NCBI GenBank assembly: GCA_001797465.1
Contig: MGPQ01000014.1
Coordinates: 801-64,800 of the forward strand
Direction: 5' to 3'
DNA length: 64,000 nucleotides
Source: Deltaproteobacteria bacterium GWB2_55_19
Lineage (GTDB): Bacteria > Desulfobacterota > GWC2-55-46
Under the pieces are notes generated by a model that was not told where the DNA came from, made no database searches, and was given only the letters and a program-made list of their open reading frames with translations. Shown one piece after another: positions 26,587-35,702 of this stretch (positions are counted from its first letter, which is position 1; each line of letters starts with the position of its first letter). Both the position numbers and the translations under genes were made by a program.

Positions 26587-27852
26587 TTATTTGTAAAACC
26601 TCGAGGCCGGGTCGCGCCTCAATATCCTCAGCGGGAACTCATACTCGACGAAGTACCCAAGCGCGTCGGAGGCGTGGGTAAGTTCTTTTTTCGTTTTATC
26701 CATCCCGTTTGAACCGGCCCATTCTATCGTCTCAAGGTCTTTCCTTAAGGCGGCGCACCTCGGGTGATGGCTGAGCCTCGTTTCACCCCCGGCGCTCCCT
26801 AAAAGCGCGTTCACGGCGTTTACCCTGTCCCTTACAGCCGGGTTCGAGCGCTTTAACCTCTGCTCCTTAAACCCCAGCTCGAAGAGGATCGCGTAATCGC
26901 TTTTCCCAGCGGTCGAGCGCGCCGAGCCTGCCGCGTCTCCGTATATGACTACCCCTTCTTTGTGGCGGCCGTACCTCTTTAGCGCCTCTCGCCCCATCTC
27001 CGCGGTATTGGTGTCCTTCAAGACTATCTCGTCGGCGACCCACACCCTTTTCCCGTCTGTCTGAGCTATCTCCCATACGCACGGGTCTACGTTGAAGTCA
27101 CAGCATATCGATACGGGCAGTCCCGGTACTATCGCGACGGACGCGTCCTCGTGGACCTCGGCGCTGTATGCGTAGTAGACCCTGCCTGTGGCCCCCTCGA
27201 AGCTCGCCTCGTACTCCTGTCTGAAGGTCCTGGGGTCGAGCACCCTTCTGGCCGCCTCTACCTCCTCGGACGGGAGTATCTCGGATGAGCGCCAGGTGTA
27301 GGCCCCCCAGTCCTCGTCCGCGCTGAACCTGGCGTAGTCATAGAGCTCCTTATAATGGCCGAGCCCTTCGGGGACGCCTATGAACCAGCACCAGCCGCCC
27401 CTGTCCGAGAGAGCGGGCCTGATGTTTTCCGCCCAGGCCTCAGGTCTCATGTTCGCGTACTCGTCGAGTACGCCGCCGTCCCAGGGAGTCCCCTCTATCC
27501 TCTGCGGCTTGTCGAGCCCTACAACCCATAGCTCGCTCCCGAAGACGGTCACAAGGCAGAGGTCGGTCTCGTATACCTTCCTGATCCACCCCGGTGGAGA
27601 GAGCGCCTTCAAGTCCCTCCAGAATATGCGTTTGGCCTGGTCCCTCGTAGGCGCGGCCGCGAAGTACCTCGGGTCGCTCCAGTTTCTTTTTATCGGGAGC
27701 GACATGACGAGTCTGCGCTTGGCTATCTCCGTCTTTCCGCTCCTCCTGCCCGCCGGCACTACCGCGAACCTCTTATTCTCCGAAAGGAGCCTCGCCTGCT
27801 CCCTGTTGAACCGTAACCCGTGCCATCTCCGCGGCAGTCTCTGTAGCGTCAT
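26587..27852 (-). CDS. Terminase large subunit
   Basis: Walker A VVPAGRRSGKTE, Walker B GGVLDEY, and nuclease-half acidic motifs (CCDFNVDP, HASDALGY). ATG 27852 is preceded by GGAGG. Confidence 0.85.
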   Translation of the reverse strand: MTLQRLPRRWHGLRFNREQARLLSENKRFAVVPAGRRSGKTEIAKRRLVMSLPIKRNWSDPRYFAAAPTRDQAKRIFWRDLKALSPPGWIRKVYETDLCLVTVFGSELWVVGLDKPQRIEGTPWDGGVLDEYANMRPEAWAENIRPALSDRGGWCWFIGVPEGLGHYKELYDYARFSADEDWGAYTWRSSEILPSEEVEAARRVLDPRTFRQEYEASFEGATGRVYYAYSAEVHEDASVAIVPGLPVSICCDFNVDPCVWEIAQTDGKRVWVADEIVLKDTNTAEMGREALKRYGRHKEGVVIYGDAAGSARSTAGKSDYAILFELGFKEQRLKRSNPAVRDRVNAVNALLGSAGGETRLSHHPRCAALRKDLETIEWAGSNGMDKTKKELTHASDALGYFVEYEFPLRILRRDPASRFYK

Positions 27853-28213
27853 CCGTCGCCTCCGGCCCTTCTTCAAGCCCCCAGGCCATGCGCTCGCCCC
27901 TTATCACGCTCGAGAGCACCTCTCCTGCAATCTTGGCCACTTTAAGCTCTTCCAGCCCGAGCTTCGCGTCGTTGTTGCTTAAGCCCCTTACAAGCCTCTT
28001 CTTCACGCCTTTCCAGAGGTCCCTGTGGTCGACGAGTATCTCTCCTTGTACCGTCTCATCCCGGAGCGTTTGAGGGCCTTGCCCCCTCTCCCATCCCTCC
28101 TTCCCGGCCCGCCTTCTTATCGTGCTCTCATGGCATCCGTGGGATCCTGCAAGGCCCCGCACCGCCATGCCTGCCTCATATCCGGTCCTGACCGCGTTCC
28201 AGTCTATCGCCAC
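27773..28213 (-). CDS. Terminase small subunit (HTH N-terminus)
   Basis: 146 aa with a GTG start. N-terminal HTH-like GMAVRGLAGSHGCHESTIRRRAGKEGW. Position is upstream of and overlapping TerL. Confidence 0.6.
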   Translation of the reverse strand: MAIDWNAVRTGYEAGMAVRGLAGSHGCHESTIRRRAGKEGWERGQGPQTLRDETVQGEILVDHRDLWKGVKKRLVRGLSNNDAKLGLEELKVAKIAGEVLSSVIRGERMAWGLEEGPEATDDATETAAEMARVTVQQGAGEAPFGE

Positions 28214-28250
28214 TTCCCACCCCCGGCCCTTGTCTCCTCCGGCTCCCCTC

Positions 28251-28424
28251 TCAGACTTCGTCGAGCCCTTCGTGCTCCTCGCACCTCCTCAAGGGATAGA
28301 GGCTTACGTACACCCTGTTGCACTCCGCACAGCGCTCCGGCTCGCGCAGAAGCACCCGGCTCCCCCTCCCTCCGCCAGTCCACCTTCCGAAATCCGCCGA
28401 CTTGGAACCAAGGCTCATCTCCAT
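28251..28424 (-). CDS. 57-aa ORF with a zinc-ribbon-like CxxC...CxxH pattern
   Basis: GGAGGAG SD 7 nt upstream of the ATG. Sequence MEMSLGSKSADF...ERCAECNRVYVSLYPLRRCEEHEGLDEV. Below the ORF-track cut-off. Confidence 0.35.
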   Translation of the reverse strand: MEMSLGSKSADFGRWTGGGRGSRVLLREPERCAECNRVYVSLYPLRRCEEHEGLDEV

Positions 28425-28538
28425 CGCCGCTCTCCTCCAGGTGTAATTTTACTTAGTACGGTCTTTTTTCTACCCCTGCGGCGGAATCCTCACGATTTTG
28501 AAGGAGGAAATCCGGTTTTTTATTCTGGCGCCGGGGCC

Positions 28539-28575
28539 GGAAATAAAAACAGGCCGGGCATATCGCCCGGCCTGT
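28539..28575 (-). terminator. Rho-independent terminator between the regulator module and the packaging/structural genes
   Basis: Minus strand: ACAGGCCGGGC-5 nt-GCCCGGCCTGT (11-bp perfect stem) followed by TTTTTATTT. Confidence 0.75.
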
Positions 28576-28714
28576 CAATTTCAAAAAAATCAGTTTTTAA
28601 ACACCCAGCCTTTTCTAAATAGTGACCTAAGGGCTTATAAGATCAGATACTCTACCTTAATTGACAATCACTGTTTCCAATCCCGGACACGGCGGCTCCT
28701 CTGACAGGCGACGC

Positions 28715-28888
28715 TCAATTTCCCTGCTGGTCCTCGGTAAGCCAGCCATAACCGTTCTCGGTCGCCCAGAGGGCCTTTCTCTCTATCATGCTCTCGACCC
28801 CTCCTCCGAAGCCGTATACCTTCATCTCCCCGAGCAAGTCGCCCATCGACTGGTACTGCCGCATGGTCTTGTACTCGAGCCAGTCCAT
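28715..28888 (-). CDS. Hypothetical small protein (MDWLEYKTMRQYQSMGDLLGE...)
   Basis: 57 aa from the first ATG after the regulator stop. The SD is weak and the upstream part of the listed ORF overlaps the regulator gene. Confidence 0.3.
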   Translation of the reverse strand: MDWLEYKTMRQYQSMGDLLGEMKVYGFGGGVESMIERKALWATENGYGWLTEDQQGN

Positions 28889-28919
28889 CTTGTTGTCGCC
28901 AGTTTTTTCAGCCTTCACC

Positions 28920-29261
28920 TCAAAGGTCCTTCTCCTCCTCCTGTGCCCTTGAAGACGCGACCTTCTCCTCTGCCCTGTAGAGTATCTCATATGCCCTCCC
29001 GAGTGAAATTCTGTGGCTCTCAGCTATCACCTTCATGTGGGTGTTCCAGTAATGGTATTCCGTAAAGACGGACCTCTCCCTGGGGCTAAGGTCGACAAGC
29101 GGCCACAAAAGGTGCCTTACCTCCTCGCCGCTCCCCTTGAGAGCGCCGTAGAACTGGTCCGGGTCTATCCTTATCTTTTCCACTTTTTTAAGCCCCCTTG
29201 AAAAAACAGAAAACCCTAACGCCCGCGTGGGCGCTTGCGGTCCAGCTTTAGACCGGGTCAT
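28920..29261 (-). CDS. Small sigma-70 region-4-like / HTH transcription regulator (candidate late-gene activator)
   Basis: LSPRERSVFTEYHYWNTHMKVIAESHRISLGRAYEILYRAEEKV matches the sigma70_r4 pattern. An alternative GTG start at 29183 is preceded by AGGGGG. Confidence 0.6.
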   Translation of the reverse strand: MTRSKAGPQAPTRALGFSVFSRGLKKVEKIRIDPDQFYGALKGSGEEVRHLLWPLVDLSPRERSVFTEYHYWNTHMKVIAESHRISLGRAYEILYRAEEKVASSRAQEEEKDL

Positions 29262-29360
29262 GTACTTTATCAGAGCAGGGATACTTGGAGGGCTGCTTTG
29301 TGAATACAGCGGCTTAGATTTTGATAAAAACGATTTATAATTATATAAAATTTACATAAT

Positions 29361-29389
29361 ATTATACATCATTGTTTTATATCTGTCAA
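29361..29389 (-). promoter_or_regulatory. Perfect consensus sigma70 promoter driving the phage-cluster regulator
   Basis: Minus strand reads TTGACA-gatataaaacaatgatg(17)-TATAAT in a ~25% GC spacer about 100 nt upstream of the regulator ORF. Confidence 0.7.
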
Positions 29390-29442
29390 GGTAATCGCAA
29401 TTATCGGCACCGTAAAAAGATGCCGCTGGGACCGCAGGAACC

Positions 29443-29476
29443 AAAAAAAGCCCCCCTGCCTGTCGGCAGGGGGGCT
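29443..29476 (-). terminator. Rho-independent terminator after ychF
   Basis: Minus strand: AGCCCCCCTGCC-gaca-GGCAGGGGGGCT followed by TTTTTTT. Confidence 0.8.
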
Positions 29477-29514
29477 TTAAAATTGCCCTTTAGGGTCTCC
29501 GGTGGAACGGCTTT

Positions 29515-30603
29515 TCAGACGTTGAACTTGAAGTGCATTATGTCTCCGTCCTTGACAACGTAGTCCTTGCCCTCTACCCGGAGCACTCCTTTTTCGCGGC
29601 AGGCGGCCTCAGACCCGTATCTTACGAAGTCCTCGTAGGCCATCACCTCGGCCTTTATGAAACCGCGCTCGAAGTCGCTGTGTATCACCCCTGCGGCCTT
29701 CGGGGCCTTCGAGTCGCGCTCGACCGTCCAGGCCCGCACCTCTTTTTTACCGGCGGTAAAGTAGGTAATGAGCCCGAGGAGCGAGTACGCCGCGACGGCC
29801 AGCCTGTCCAGGCCGGACTCCTTAAGGCCGAGGCCTTTCAGGAACTCGGCCCTCTCCTCCTCGGAGAGCTCAGCGATTTCGGACTCAATCTTCCCGCATA
29901 TCACGACGAATCCGGCGCCCTCTTTTTCCGCGACCTCCCTTACGGCCTCTGCCGCGGCTGAATTACCGGCAAGGTCGTCCTCGCCGACGTTGGCGACGTA
30001 GATGATCGGCTTCGCCGTAAGGAGGCTCAGGTCTTTTACTATGGCCGCCGTCTCCTTTGAGAGGACCGTCCTCGCCGGGCGTCCGGCCTCGAAGGCCGCC
30101 TTGAGTTCATTGTATACGGGCAGGGCCTCTGCCATGGCCTTGTCGGTCTTGGCGAGGCGCGCGGCCTTTTCAAGCCTCTTATCGACCGAGTCCATGTCCG
30201 CGAGTATGAGCTCCGTCTCTATTACCTCAATGTCGCCTTTGGGGTCTATCCTTCCGTCGACGTGGACGATCCCCGGGTCCTCGAAGCACCTGACGACGTG
30301 GACGATGGTATCGACGCTCCTTATGTTGCCGAGGAACTGGTTCCCGAGCCCCTCGCCCTTGGACGCCCCTTTCACGATACCGGCGATGTCCACGAACTCG
30401 ACGGCCGTGGGCAAGACCCGCTCCGGCTTTACCAGAGCGGCGAGTTTCTGCATCCTCTCGTCGCGCAGAGGCACCATCCCGATGTTCGGGTCTATGGTGC
30501 AGAACGGATAGTTTGACGCCTCGGCCCCGGCCGCCGTCATGGCGTTGAATATGGTGGACTTCCCGACGTTCGGAAGCCCTATGATCCCGCAGTTGAATCC
30601 CAT
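29515..30603 (-). CDS. ychF: Ribosome-binding ATPase YchF
   Basis: MGFNCGIIGLPNVGKSTIFNAMT (G1 motif), a TGS-like C-terminus, and ...GDIMHFKFNV at the end. The upstream extension to 30780 is rejected. Confidence 0.92.
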   Translation of the reverse strand: MGFNCGIIGLPNVGKSTIFNAMTAAGAEASNYPFCTIDPNIGMVPLRDERMQKLAALVKPERVLPTAVEFVDIAGIVKGASKGEGLGNQFLGNIRSVDTIVHVVRCFEDPGIVHVDGRIDPKGDIEVIETELILADMDSVDKRLEKAARLAKTDKAMAEALPVYNELKAAFEAGRPARTVLSKETAAIVKDLSLLTAKPIIYVANVGEDDLAGNSAAAEAVREVAEKEGAGFVVICGKIESEIAELSEEERAEFLKGLGLKESGLDRLAVAAYSLLGLITYFTAGKKEVRAWTVERDSKAPKAAGVIHSDFERGFIKAEVMAYEDFVRYGSEAACREKGVLRVEGKDYVVKDGDIMHFKFNV

Positions 30604-30808
30604 CTCTAAACAAATTCCTTTCGTAGTTAATAAAAATCCCCGCGGAATCAGCGGGGTCTCCTGCCAGAAAACTCCCATCCCCGGGCCAGATAGACGAAAG
30701 GCGAGCGGGAGTGTGAAGTTTTTCCCCAGTGCAAGCTCTAAAAAAAGACAAGGCAGGTAAGTACCTGCCTTGTCTTGCATAATACAATATTTATGCGGAA
30801 TAATAAAT

Positions 30809-32827
30809 CTAAATTATGAGAGGCGCGATTATGAGCGCGACGATGGACATGAGCTTTATAAGTATGTTCATCGCCGGCCCGGACGTGTCCTTGAAGGGGT
30901 CGCCGACGGTGTCTCCGACGACTGCGGCCTTGTGCGCATCGGATCCCTTGCCGCCTGGCCTCTTCTCTATGTATTTTTTAGCGTTGTCCCATGCGCCCCC
31001 GGCGTTGGCCATGAATATGGCGAGGAGGACGCCCGTAACGGTCGCGCCGGCGAGCATCCCGCCGAGCGCCTCGGGGCCGAGGACGAACCCTACTACCACC
31101 GGAGCGGATACCGCGAGGACCCCCGGCAGTATCATCTCCCGGAGCGCCGCCCTGGTGCTTATGTCTATGCATTTATCGACGTCCGGCTTAACGCCTTCCC
31201 TGCCTTCCAATAGCCCGGGGATCTCCCTGAACTGCCGCCTTATCTCCTGCACCATCTTGAAGGCGGCCTTTCCAACGCTCGTCATGGTAAGCGCCCCTAT
31301 GAAGAACGGGATGACCCCGCCGAGGAGCATCCCTATGACGACGCCGGGGGTCGTAAGAGAGACGCTAAAGGGCTTGCCCGTAGCCACGCTTATCGTCTCC
31401 CCGAAGGCTGAAAAGAGCGCGAGCGCCGTCAACGCCGCCGACCCTATGGCGAACCCCTTGCCAATCGCCGCGGTCGTGTTGCCGAGAGAGTCGAGCGAGT
31501 CCGTTATCTCCCGCACGTCGTGGCCAAGGCCGCTCATCTCGCTGATGCCCCCGGCGTTGTCGGCTATGGGGCCGTAGGCGTCCACGCTCATTATGATGCC
31601 GGTCGTCGCCAGCATCCCGACTGCCGCGACGGCTATCCCGTAGATGCCGGCCGCGTAGTTCGCGATCCATATCGCCGCACAGAGAGATATGAGCGGCAGC
31701 GCGGTGGACTCGAGCCCCACGGCGAGCCCGGTGATTATGTTGGTAGCGGCCCCGGTCTCGGACGCCTCGGCTATCCTTTTTACCGGCCCTGAGGATGTAA
31801 AGTACTCCGTAATAAGCCCAATGAGGGACCCGCCTATGCACCCGGCGACGACCGCCAGATAGACCTTTACGCTCAAGCCGGTGGCTATCGTTACGAAGTA
31901 GCCGAGGGCGAGGAATATGGCCGTCGTCGCGAGCGTTGTATACCGGAGCGCCTCAGCCGGGCCGATCCCCTTGAGAATTCTGAGGACAAAGACCCCTGTC
32001 ATCGACGAGACGAGCCCGGCCGTCACAAGGAGTATCGGATATGACATGAGCGCCTCAGCCGGGCCGAGCGCGCCTATCGCGCCGCCGGATATGGCCGTCG
32101 CGCCGAGCGCGATCGTCGCGATGACCGACCCTACGTAGGATTCGAATATGTCGGCGCCGAGCCCGGCCACGTCGCCGACGTTGTCGCCGACGTTGTCGGC
32201 TATGACGCCCGGGTTTCTCGGGTCGTCCTCCGGGATACCGGCCTCGATCTTGCCGACGAGGTCCGCGCCGACGTCGGCGGTCTTTGTGTATATGCCGCCT
32301 CCAACCCTCGCGAAGAGCGCGATCGACGACGCGCCCATTGCGTAGCCGTTTATGACCGAGGCCGTCGCCGGGTCCCCGAATATCAGGAAGAGCCCGCCGA
32401 CGCCGACGAGCCCGATGCTTGCGACAGCGAGCCCCATTATCGAGCCTCCGAAGAACGCCGTCGAGAGCGCCTCAGCCATCGAAGGCTTGTGAGCGCGCGC
32501 CGCCTCGGCGGTCCTCACGTTCGCCTTTGTCGCGCCCTTCATGCCTATAAAACCGGCGAGCATGGAGGAGAACCCCCCGGCTATGTAGGCAAGGGCGGTG
32601 TACGGGCCTATGAACGCCCAGAGTGCGATAGCGGCCGCCGCGACGAATACCACGAGGATGGAATACTGCCTCTTCAAGTAGACCATAGAACCCCGGTGGA
32701 TGAGAGAGGCTATCTCCATCATCCGGGCGTTCCCATCGGGTAATCTTCTTACGTGGAGATAGATGAGGAGAGTCATTACGAGCCCGCCAAGGCCGACAAG
32801 CGGCGAGACCGAGGTGAGAAAGTCCAT
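30809..32827 (-). CDS. hppA: Membrane-bound pyrophosphatase, K+-dependent subfamily signature
   Basis: 672 aa, polytopic. [27 protein letters not shown] and [18 protein letters not shown] motifs (Ala rather than Lys in GNTT[A/K]A). Confidence 0.92.
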   Translation of the reverse strand: MDFLTSVSPLVGLGGLVMTLLIYLHVRRLPDGNARMMEIASLIHRGSMVYLKRQYSILVVFVAAAAIALWAFIGPYTALAYIAGGFSSMLAGFIGMKGATKANVRTAEAARAHKPSMAEALSTAFFGGSIMGLAVASIGLVGVGGLFLIFGDPATASVINGYAMGASSIALFARVGGGIYTKTADVGADLVGKIEAGIPEDDPRNPGVIADNVGDNVGDVAGLGADIFESYVGSVIATIALGATAISGGAIGALGPAEALMSYPILLVTAGLVSSMTGVFVLRILKGIGPAEALRYTTLATTAIFLALGYFVTIATGLSVKVYLAVVAGCIGGSLIGLITEYFTSSGPVKRIAEASETGAATNIITGLAVGLESTALPLISLCAAIWIANYAAGIYGIAVAAVGMLATTGIIMSVDAYGPIADNAGGISEMSGLGHDVREITDSLDSLGNTTAAIGKGFAIGSAALTALALFSAFGETISVATGKPFSVSLTTPGVVIGMLLGGVIPFFIGALTMTSVGKAAFKMVQEIRRQFREIPGLLEGREGVKPDVDKCIDISTRAALREMILPGVLAVSAPVVVGFVLGPEALGGMLAGATVTGVLLAIFMANAGGAWDNAKKYIEKRPGGKGSDAHKAAVVGDTVGDPFKDTSGPAMNILIKLMSIVALIIAPLII

Positions 32828-32883
32828 AAGACCTCCTTTAAGGTGGGTAGACTGAGTGCGGTCCGATAGGACGGACTGACGGA

Positions 32884-32912
32884 ATTATACCCGCAAACAG
32901 CCGAAGTGGCAA
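32884..32912 (-). promoter_or_regulatory. Putative sigma70 promoter of hppA
   Basis: Minus strand reads TTGCCA-17 nt-TATAAT, about 55 nt upstream of the ATG. Confidence 0.5.
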
Positions 32913-32995
32913 ATGAATACCGCCCGTAAAACCGCCGGTTATCTCTCAGGGCCTACCCATCCATGAGACTGCGGCCAGACGAAAAAAAACGCCGC

Positions 32996-33553
32996 TCAGA
33001 GCGAGTTGAACCTGTTCATGGCTGAGTCGATCCCCTCTGCGACTATGACCTCAAGAGAGGCGATGGCCTTTGACAGCATCTCATCGAGTGCCCCCTTCTC
33101 GTCGGGCGCGAAAGGGCTCAATACATACTCCGCCGTATCAACACCCTCGCGCCTTCCGATGCCCAGACGTATCCTTTTAAAGTCCTTTGTCCCCAAGTGA
33201 TGGGCCATCGATTCCACGCCCCTGTGGCCGCCGGACCCGCCGTTCTTACGGAGCCTCATCCTGCCGAGCGGCAGGTCGCAGTCGTCGTATACCGCTATGA
33301 TCGATTCGGCGGTAAGGGCGTTCGCCTCGACGAACGCCCTTACCGCCTCTCCGCAGAGGTTCATGTAGGTAAGGGGCTTTAACAACACGGCCTCAACGCC
33401 CTTTATCGAGCCTCTCCCTGAAAACGCCTTCCCGGACCTCTTAAACCTTATGCCGTACGAGAGCGCCGCCCTGTCGACGAGCATGAACCCGACGTTATGC
33501 CGGGTCTCCTCGTACTCCGCGCCTGGATTTCCAAGACCGACTATAAGGAACAA
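32996..33553 (-). CDS. pth: Peptidyl-tRNA hydrolase
   Basis: MFLIVGLGNPGAEYEETRHNVGF and GHRGVESM motifs. Confidence 0.93.
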   Translation of the reverse strand: MFLIVGLGNPGAEYEETRHNVGFMLVDRAALSYGIRFKRSGKAFSGRGSIKGVEAVLLKPLTYMNLCGEAVRAFVEANALTAESIIAVYDDCDLPLGRMRLRKNGGSGGHRGVESMAHHLGTKDFKRIRLGIGRREGVDTAEYVLSPFAPDEKGALDEMLSKAIASLEVIVAEGIDSAMNRFNSL

Positions 33554-33721
33554 TACCGGATCTCCTGAAAATAGAATGAATTGCCCAGTAGCAAGTCTAA
33601 ACTTCCCCTCCCTCGATTGGGATGGGGCTTTAAACGGCTTGGATTCAACACGAGGCCCTCACACCCCAAGAGTAAACAAAAACAGCCGGCGCCTCAAACT
33701 CTTTTACCCGCCTCGCCCGGC

Positions 33722-33752
33722 AAAAAAAAAGAGGGGGGAATCCCCCCCTCTT
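33722..33752 (-). terminator. Rho-independent terminator after the L25/Ctc gene
   Basis: Minus strand: GAGGGGGGG-att-CCCCCCTC followed by a T9 run. Confidence 0.75.
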
Positions 33753-33804
33753 TTGAATAGCGATATTCCTGGCGCCCGTACATGAGGCGCTCTGGCAAAG
33801 GAGG

Positions 33805-34464
33805 CTACTTCTCCTCCTCCTTCTTCCCGGCCTCTTCCTTCTCCTCGAAGGACTTGGCAAGCTCGGCCTCGACCTCTTCAGCGGTCTTCGGCGCGACCTC
33901 GTCGGTCGGCGCTACGACTGAGACAATAGTAGCGTCCAGATCGCCGACGGCCTTCAGCCCCTCGGCGAGGATCAAATCCTTCACGTGGAGCGAGAAGCCC
34001 ACGTTCAGCGGGGTAACATCCACGTCTATGGAGTCCGGTATCTGCGTGGGCAGGCACTCGACCTTGAGCCTTCTGAGCTCCTGGGTGACTATGCCGCCGT
34101 ATGCGATCCCGACGGCCTTGCCGATCACGTGCAACGGGACCTCGACCACGATCTTGTGGTCCATGAGTATCTCCATGAGGTCCACGTGCTCGATAGAGCC
34201 CTTGAGCGGGTGGCGGGTAAGCTCCTTGAACATCGCCATCCTCGCCGTCTTGTCCCCCTCAATCAACAGGCTCACAAGGACGTTGCCTCCCGCGGCGGTG
34301 TGGAGCACCTTGCCGAGTTCCTTGCCGTTCAGCTTAAGCGCGACCGCGCCCTTTATGCTCGGTCCGTAAAGGATAGCCGGCACCGAACCCGCCGCCCTCA
34401 TCCTCCCTGCATGCCCCTTCCCGATCTCGTTCCTCGGCTGGGCCGTAAGGCTTATCTGTTCCAT
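33805..34464 (-). CDS. rplY: 50S ribosomal protein L25 / general stress protein Ctc
   Basis: RMRAAGSVPAILYG, HPLKGSIEHVDL, and an acidic Lys/Glu-rich C-terminal tail. Confidence 0.9.
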   Translation of the reverse strand: MEQISLTAQPRNEIGKGHAGRMRAAGSVPAILYGPSIKGAVALKLNGKELGKVLHTAAGGNVLVSLLIEGDKTARMAMFKELTRHPLKGSIEHVDLMEILMDHKIVVEVPLHVIGKAVGIAYGGIVTQELRRLKVECLPTQIPDSIDVDVTPLNVGFSLHVKDLILAEGLKAVGDLDATIVSVVAPTDEVAPKTAEEVEAELAKSFEEKEEAGKKEEEK

Positions 34465-34587
34465 AGTATTCCATTCCTCCGTAATGTCTCAGCGCGTCAA
34501 ACTAAAGCATACCTGCGTTGCTCTGTTCCGACGCCCTGATATTTAATATTTTAAAATCTTTGCCTTGTCCTGCCTCGACCTGTAAAC

Positions 34588-35523
34588 CTAAACGAAGAGC
34601 GAGCTTACCGACTCCCCGAAGTGTATCCTCTTTATCGCCTCGCCGAGGAGCGGTCCGACCGAGAGCCTCTTGACCTTCTCTGACGTCGCGCTGTCCCTCT
34701 TGGGTATCGTGTTCGTCACCACGAGCTCCTTTATAGGCGACTTCTCGAGCCTCTCTATGGCCGGGCCGGAGAGGACCGCATGCGTACAGCAGGCGTATAC
34801 CTGACGAGCACCGTTCAGTTTCAGCGCCTCGGCGGCCTGGGTTATAGTCCCGGCGGTGTCTATCATGTCGTCGAGTATTATGGCCGTCTTGCCCTCGATC
34901 TCGCCTATTATGTTCATGACCTCGGAGACGTTAGGGCGCGGACGCCTCTTGTCTATTATCGCGAGGTTCGCCGAGAGCCTCTTTGCAAACGCCCTCGCCC
35001 TCTCAACGCCTCCGGCGTCCGGGGAGACGACGACGACGTCGTCCTGGAAGTTTTCCTTTATATAGTTGAGGAGCACCGGGGTGGCGTAGAGGTGGTCGAC
35101 CGGGATATTGAAGAACCCCTGTATCTGCCCGGCGTGGAGGTCCACGCACACGACCCTTGTCGCGCCGGCCACCGTTATGAGGTCCGCGACGAGTTTAGCC
35201 GTTATCGGCGTCCTCGGGGCTACTTTCCTGTCCTGCCTCGCGTAGCCGTAGTACGGGATGACGGCTGTGACGGAGGAGGCCGAGGCCCTCTTGAAGGCGT
35301 CGAGCATTATAAGGAGCTCCATCAGGTTATTGTTGCAGGGCATGCACGTCGACTGCACGACGTACACCTCGACACCGCGCACGCTCTCCTGTATGTCGAC
35401 GAATACCTCTCCGTCGCTGAAGCTCCGCACCTCGGATTTGCCGAGCTGTATCCCCAGGTGCTCGCATATCTCAAGCGCGAGCCCCCTGTTTGAATTTCCT
35501 GTAAATACCTTTATCTTGTCCAT
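34588..35523 (-). CDS. prs: Ribose-phosphate pyrophosphokinase
   Basis: [31 protein letters not shown] and DDMIDTAGT motifs. Confidence 0.95.
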   Translation of the reverse strand: MDKIKVFTGNSNRGLALEICEHLGIQLGKSEVRSFSDGEVFVDIQESVRGVEVYVVQSTCMPCNNNLMELLIMLDAFKRASASSVTAVIPYYGYARQDRKVAPRTPITAKLVADLITVAGATRVVCVDLHAGQIQGFFNIPVDHLYATPVLLNYIKENFQDDVVVVSPDAGGVERARAFAKRLSANLAIIDKRRPRPNVSEVMNIIGEIEGKTAIILDDMIDTAGTITQAAEALKLNGARQVYACCTHAVLSGPAIERLEKSPIKELVVTNTIPKRDSATSEKVKRLSVGPLLGEAIKRIHFGESVSSLFV

Positions 35524-35549
35524 CAGAACACTTCCGGGTTATCGTTTTA

Positions 35550-35624
35550 TGGCTGGGGCGGGAGGATTCGAACCTCCGGGTGCGGGGATCAAAACCCCGT
35601 GCCTTACCGCTTGGCGACGCCCCA
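35550..35624 (-). tRNA. tRNA-Gln (anticodon UUG)
   Basis: The reverse complement reads TGGGGCG-TC-GCCAAGCGGTAAGGC-A-CGGGG-TTTTGAT-CCCCG-CACCC-GGAGG-TTCGAAT-CCTCC-CGCCCCA-G-CCA. The cloverleaf is clean. Confidence 0.92.
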
Positions 35625-35702
35625 ATCAGATTCGGAGGACCCTAATTGAATGCCGCTCCACTATTTGCGGTTACGCCAAGCTAATGCCCTTAATCCCCTC
35701 TG

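Larger units (their letters stand above)
8770..29389 (-). mobile_element. Phage-derived head-tail-lysis gene cluster (defective prophage or GTA-like element). No integrase, repressor or replication genes.
   Basis: Contiguous co-directional ORFs: regulator, TerS, TerL, portal, scaffold, capsid, connectors, tail tube, G/GT, tape measure, tail tip/spike, lysis cassette. Bounded by the DUF2905 promoter and the ychF terminator. Confidence 0.85.

Noticed and set aside
28025-28704. Plus-strand ORFs (143, 166 and 68 aa) in the gap between the phage regulator module and TerS, considered as possible divergently transcribed repressor or early genes
   Set aside because: They are Pro/Ser/Arg-rich low-complexity translations with no SD and no HTH pattern. 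The region is better explained by a minus-strand terminator, an AT-rich spacer and a small minus-strand ORF.
151-35624. tRNA-Thr or tRNA-Gln as the integration (att) site of the phage cluster
   Set aside because: Neither tRNA is adjacent to the cluster edges: they lie about 8.5 kb and 6 kb away, with core genes in between. I could not find a direct repeat of a tRNA 3' end at 8.7 or 29.4 kb by eye. A proper repeat search is still needed.
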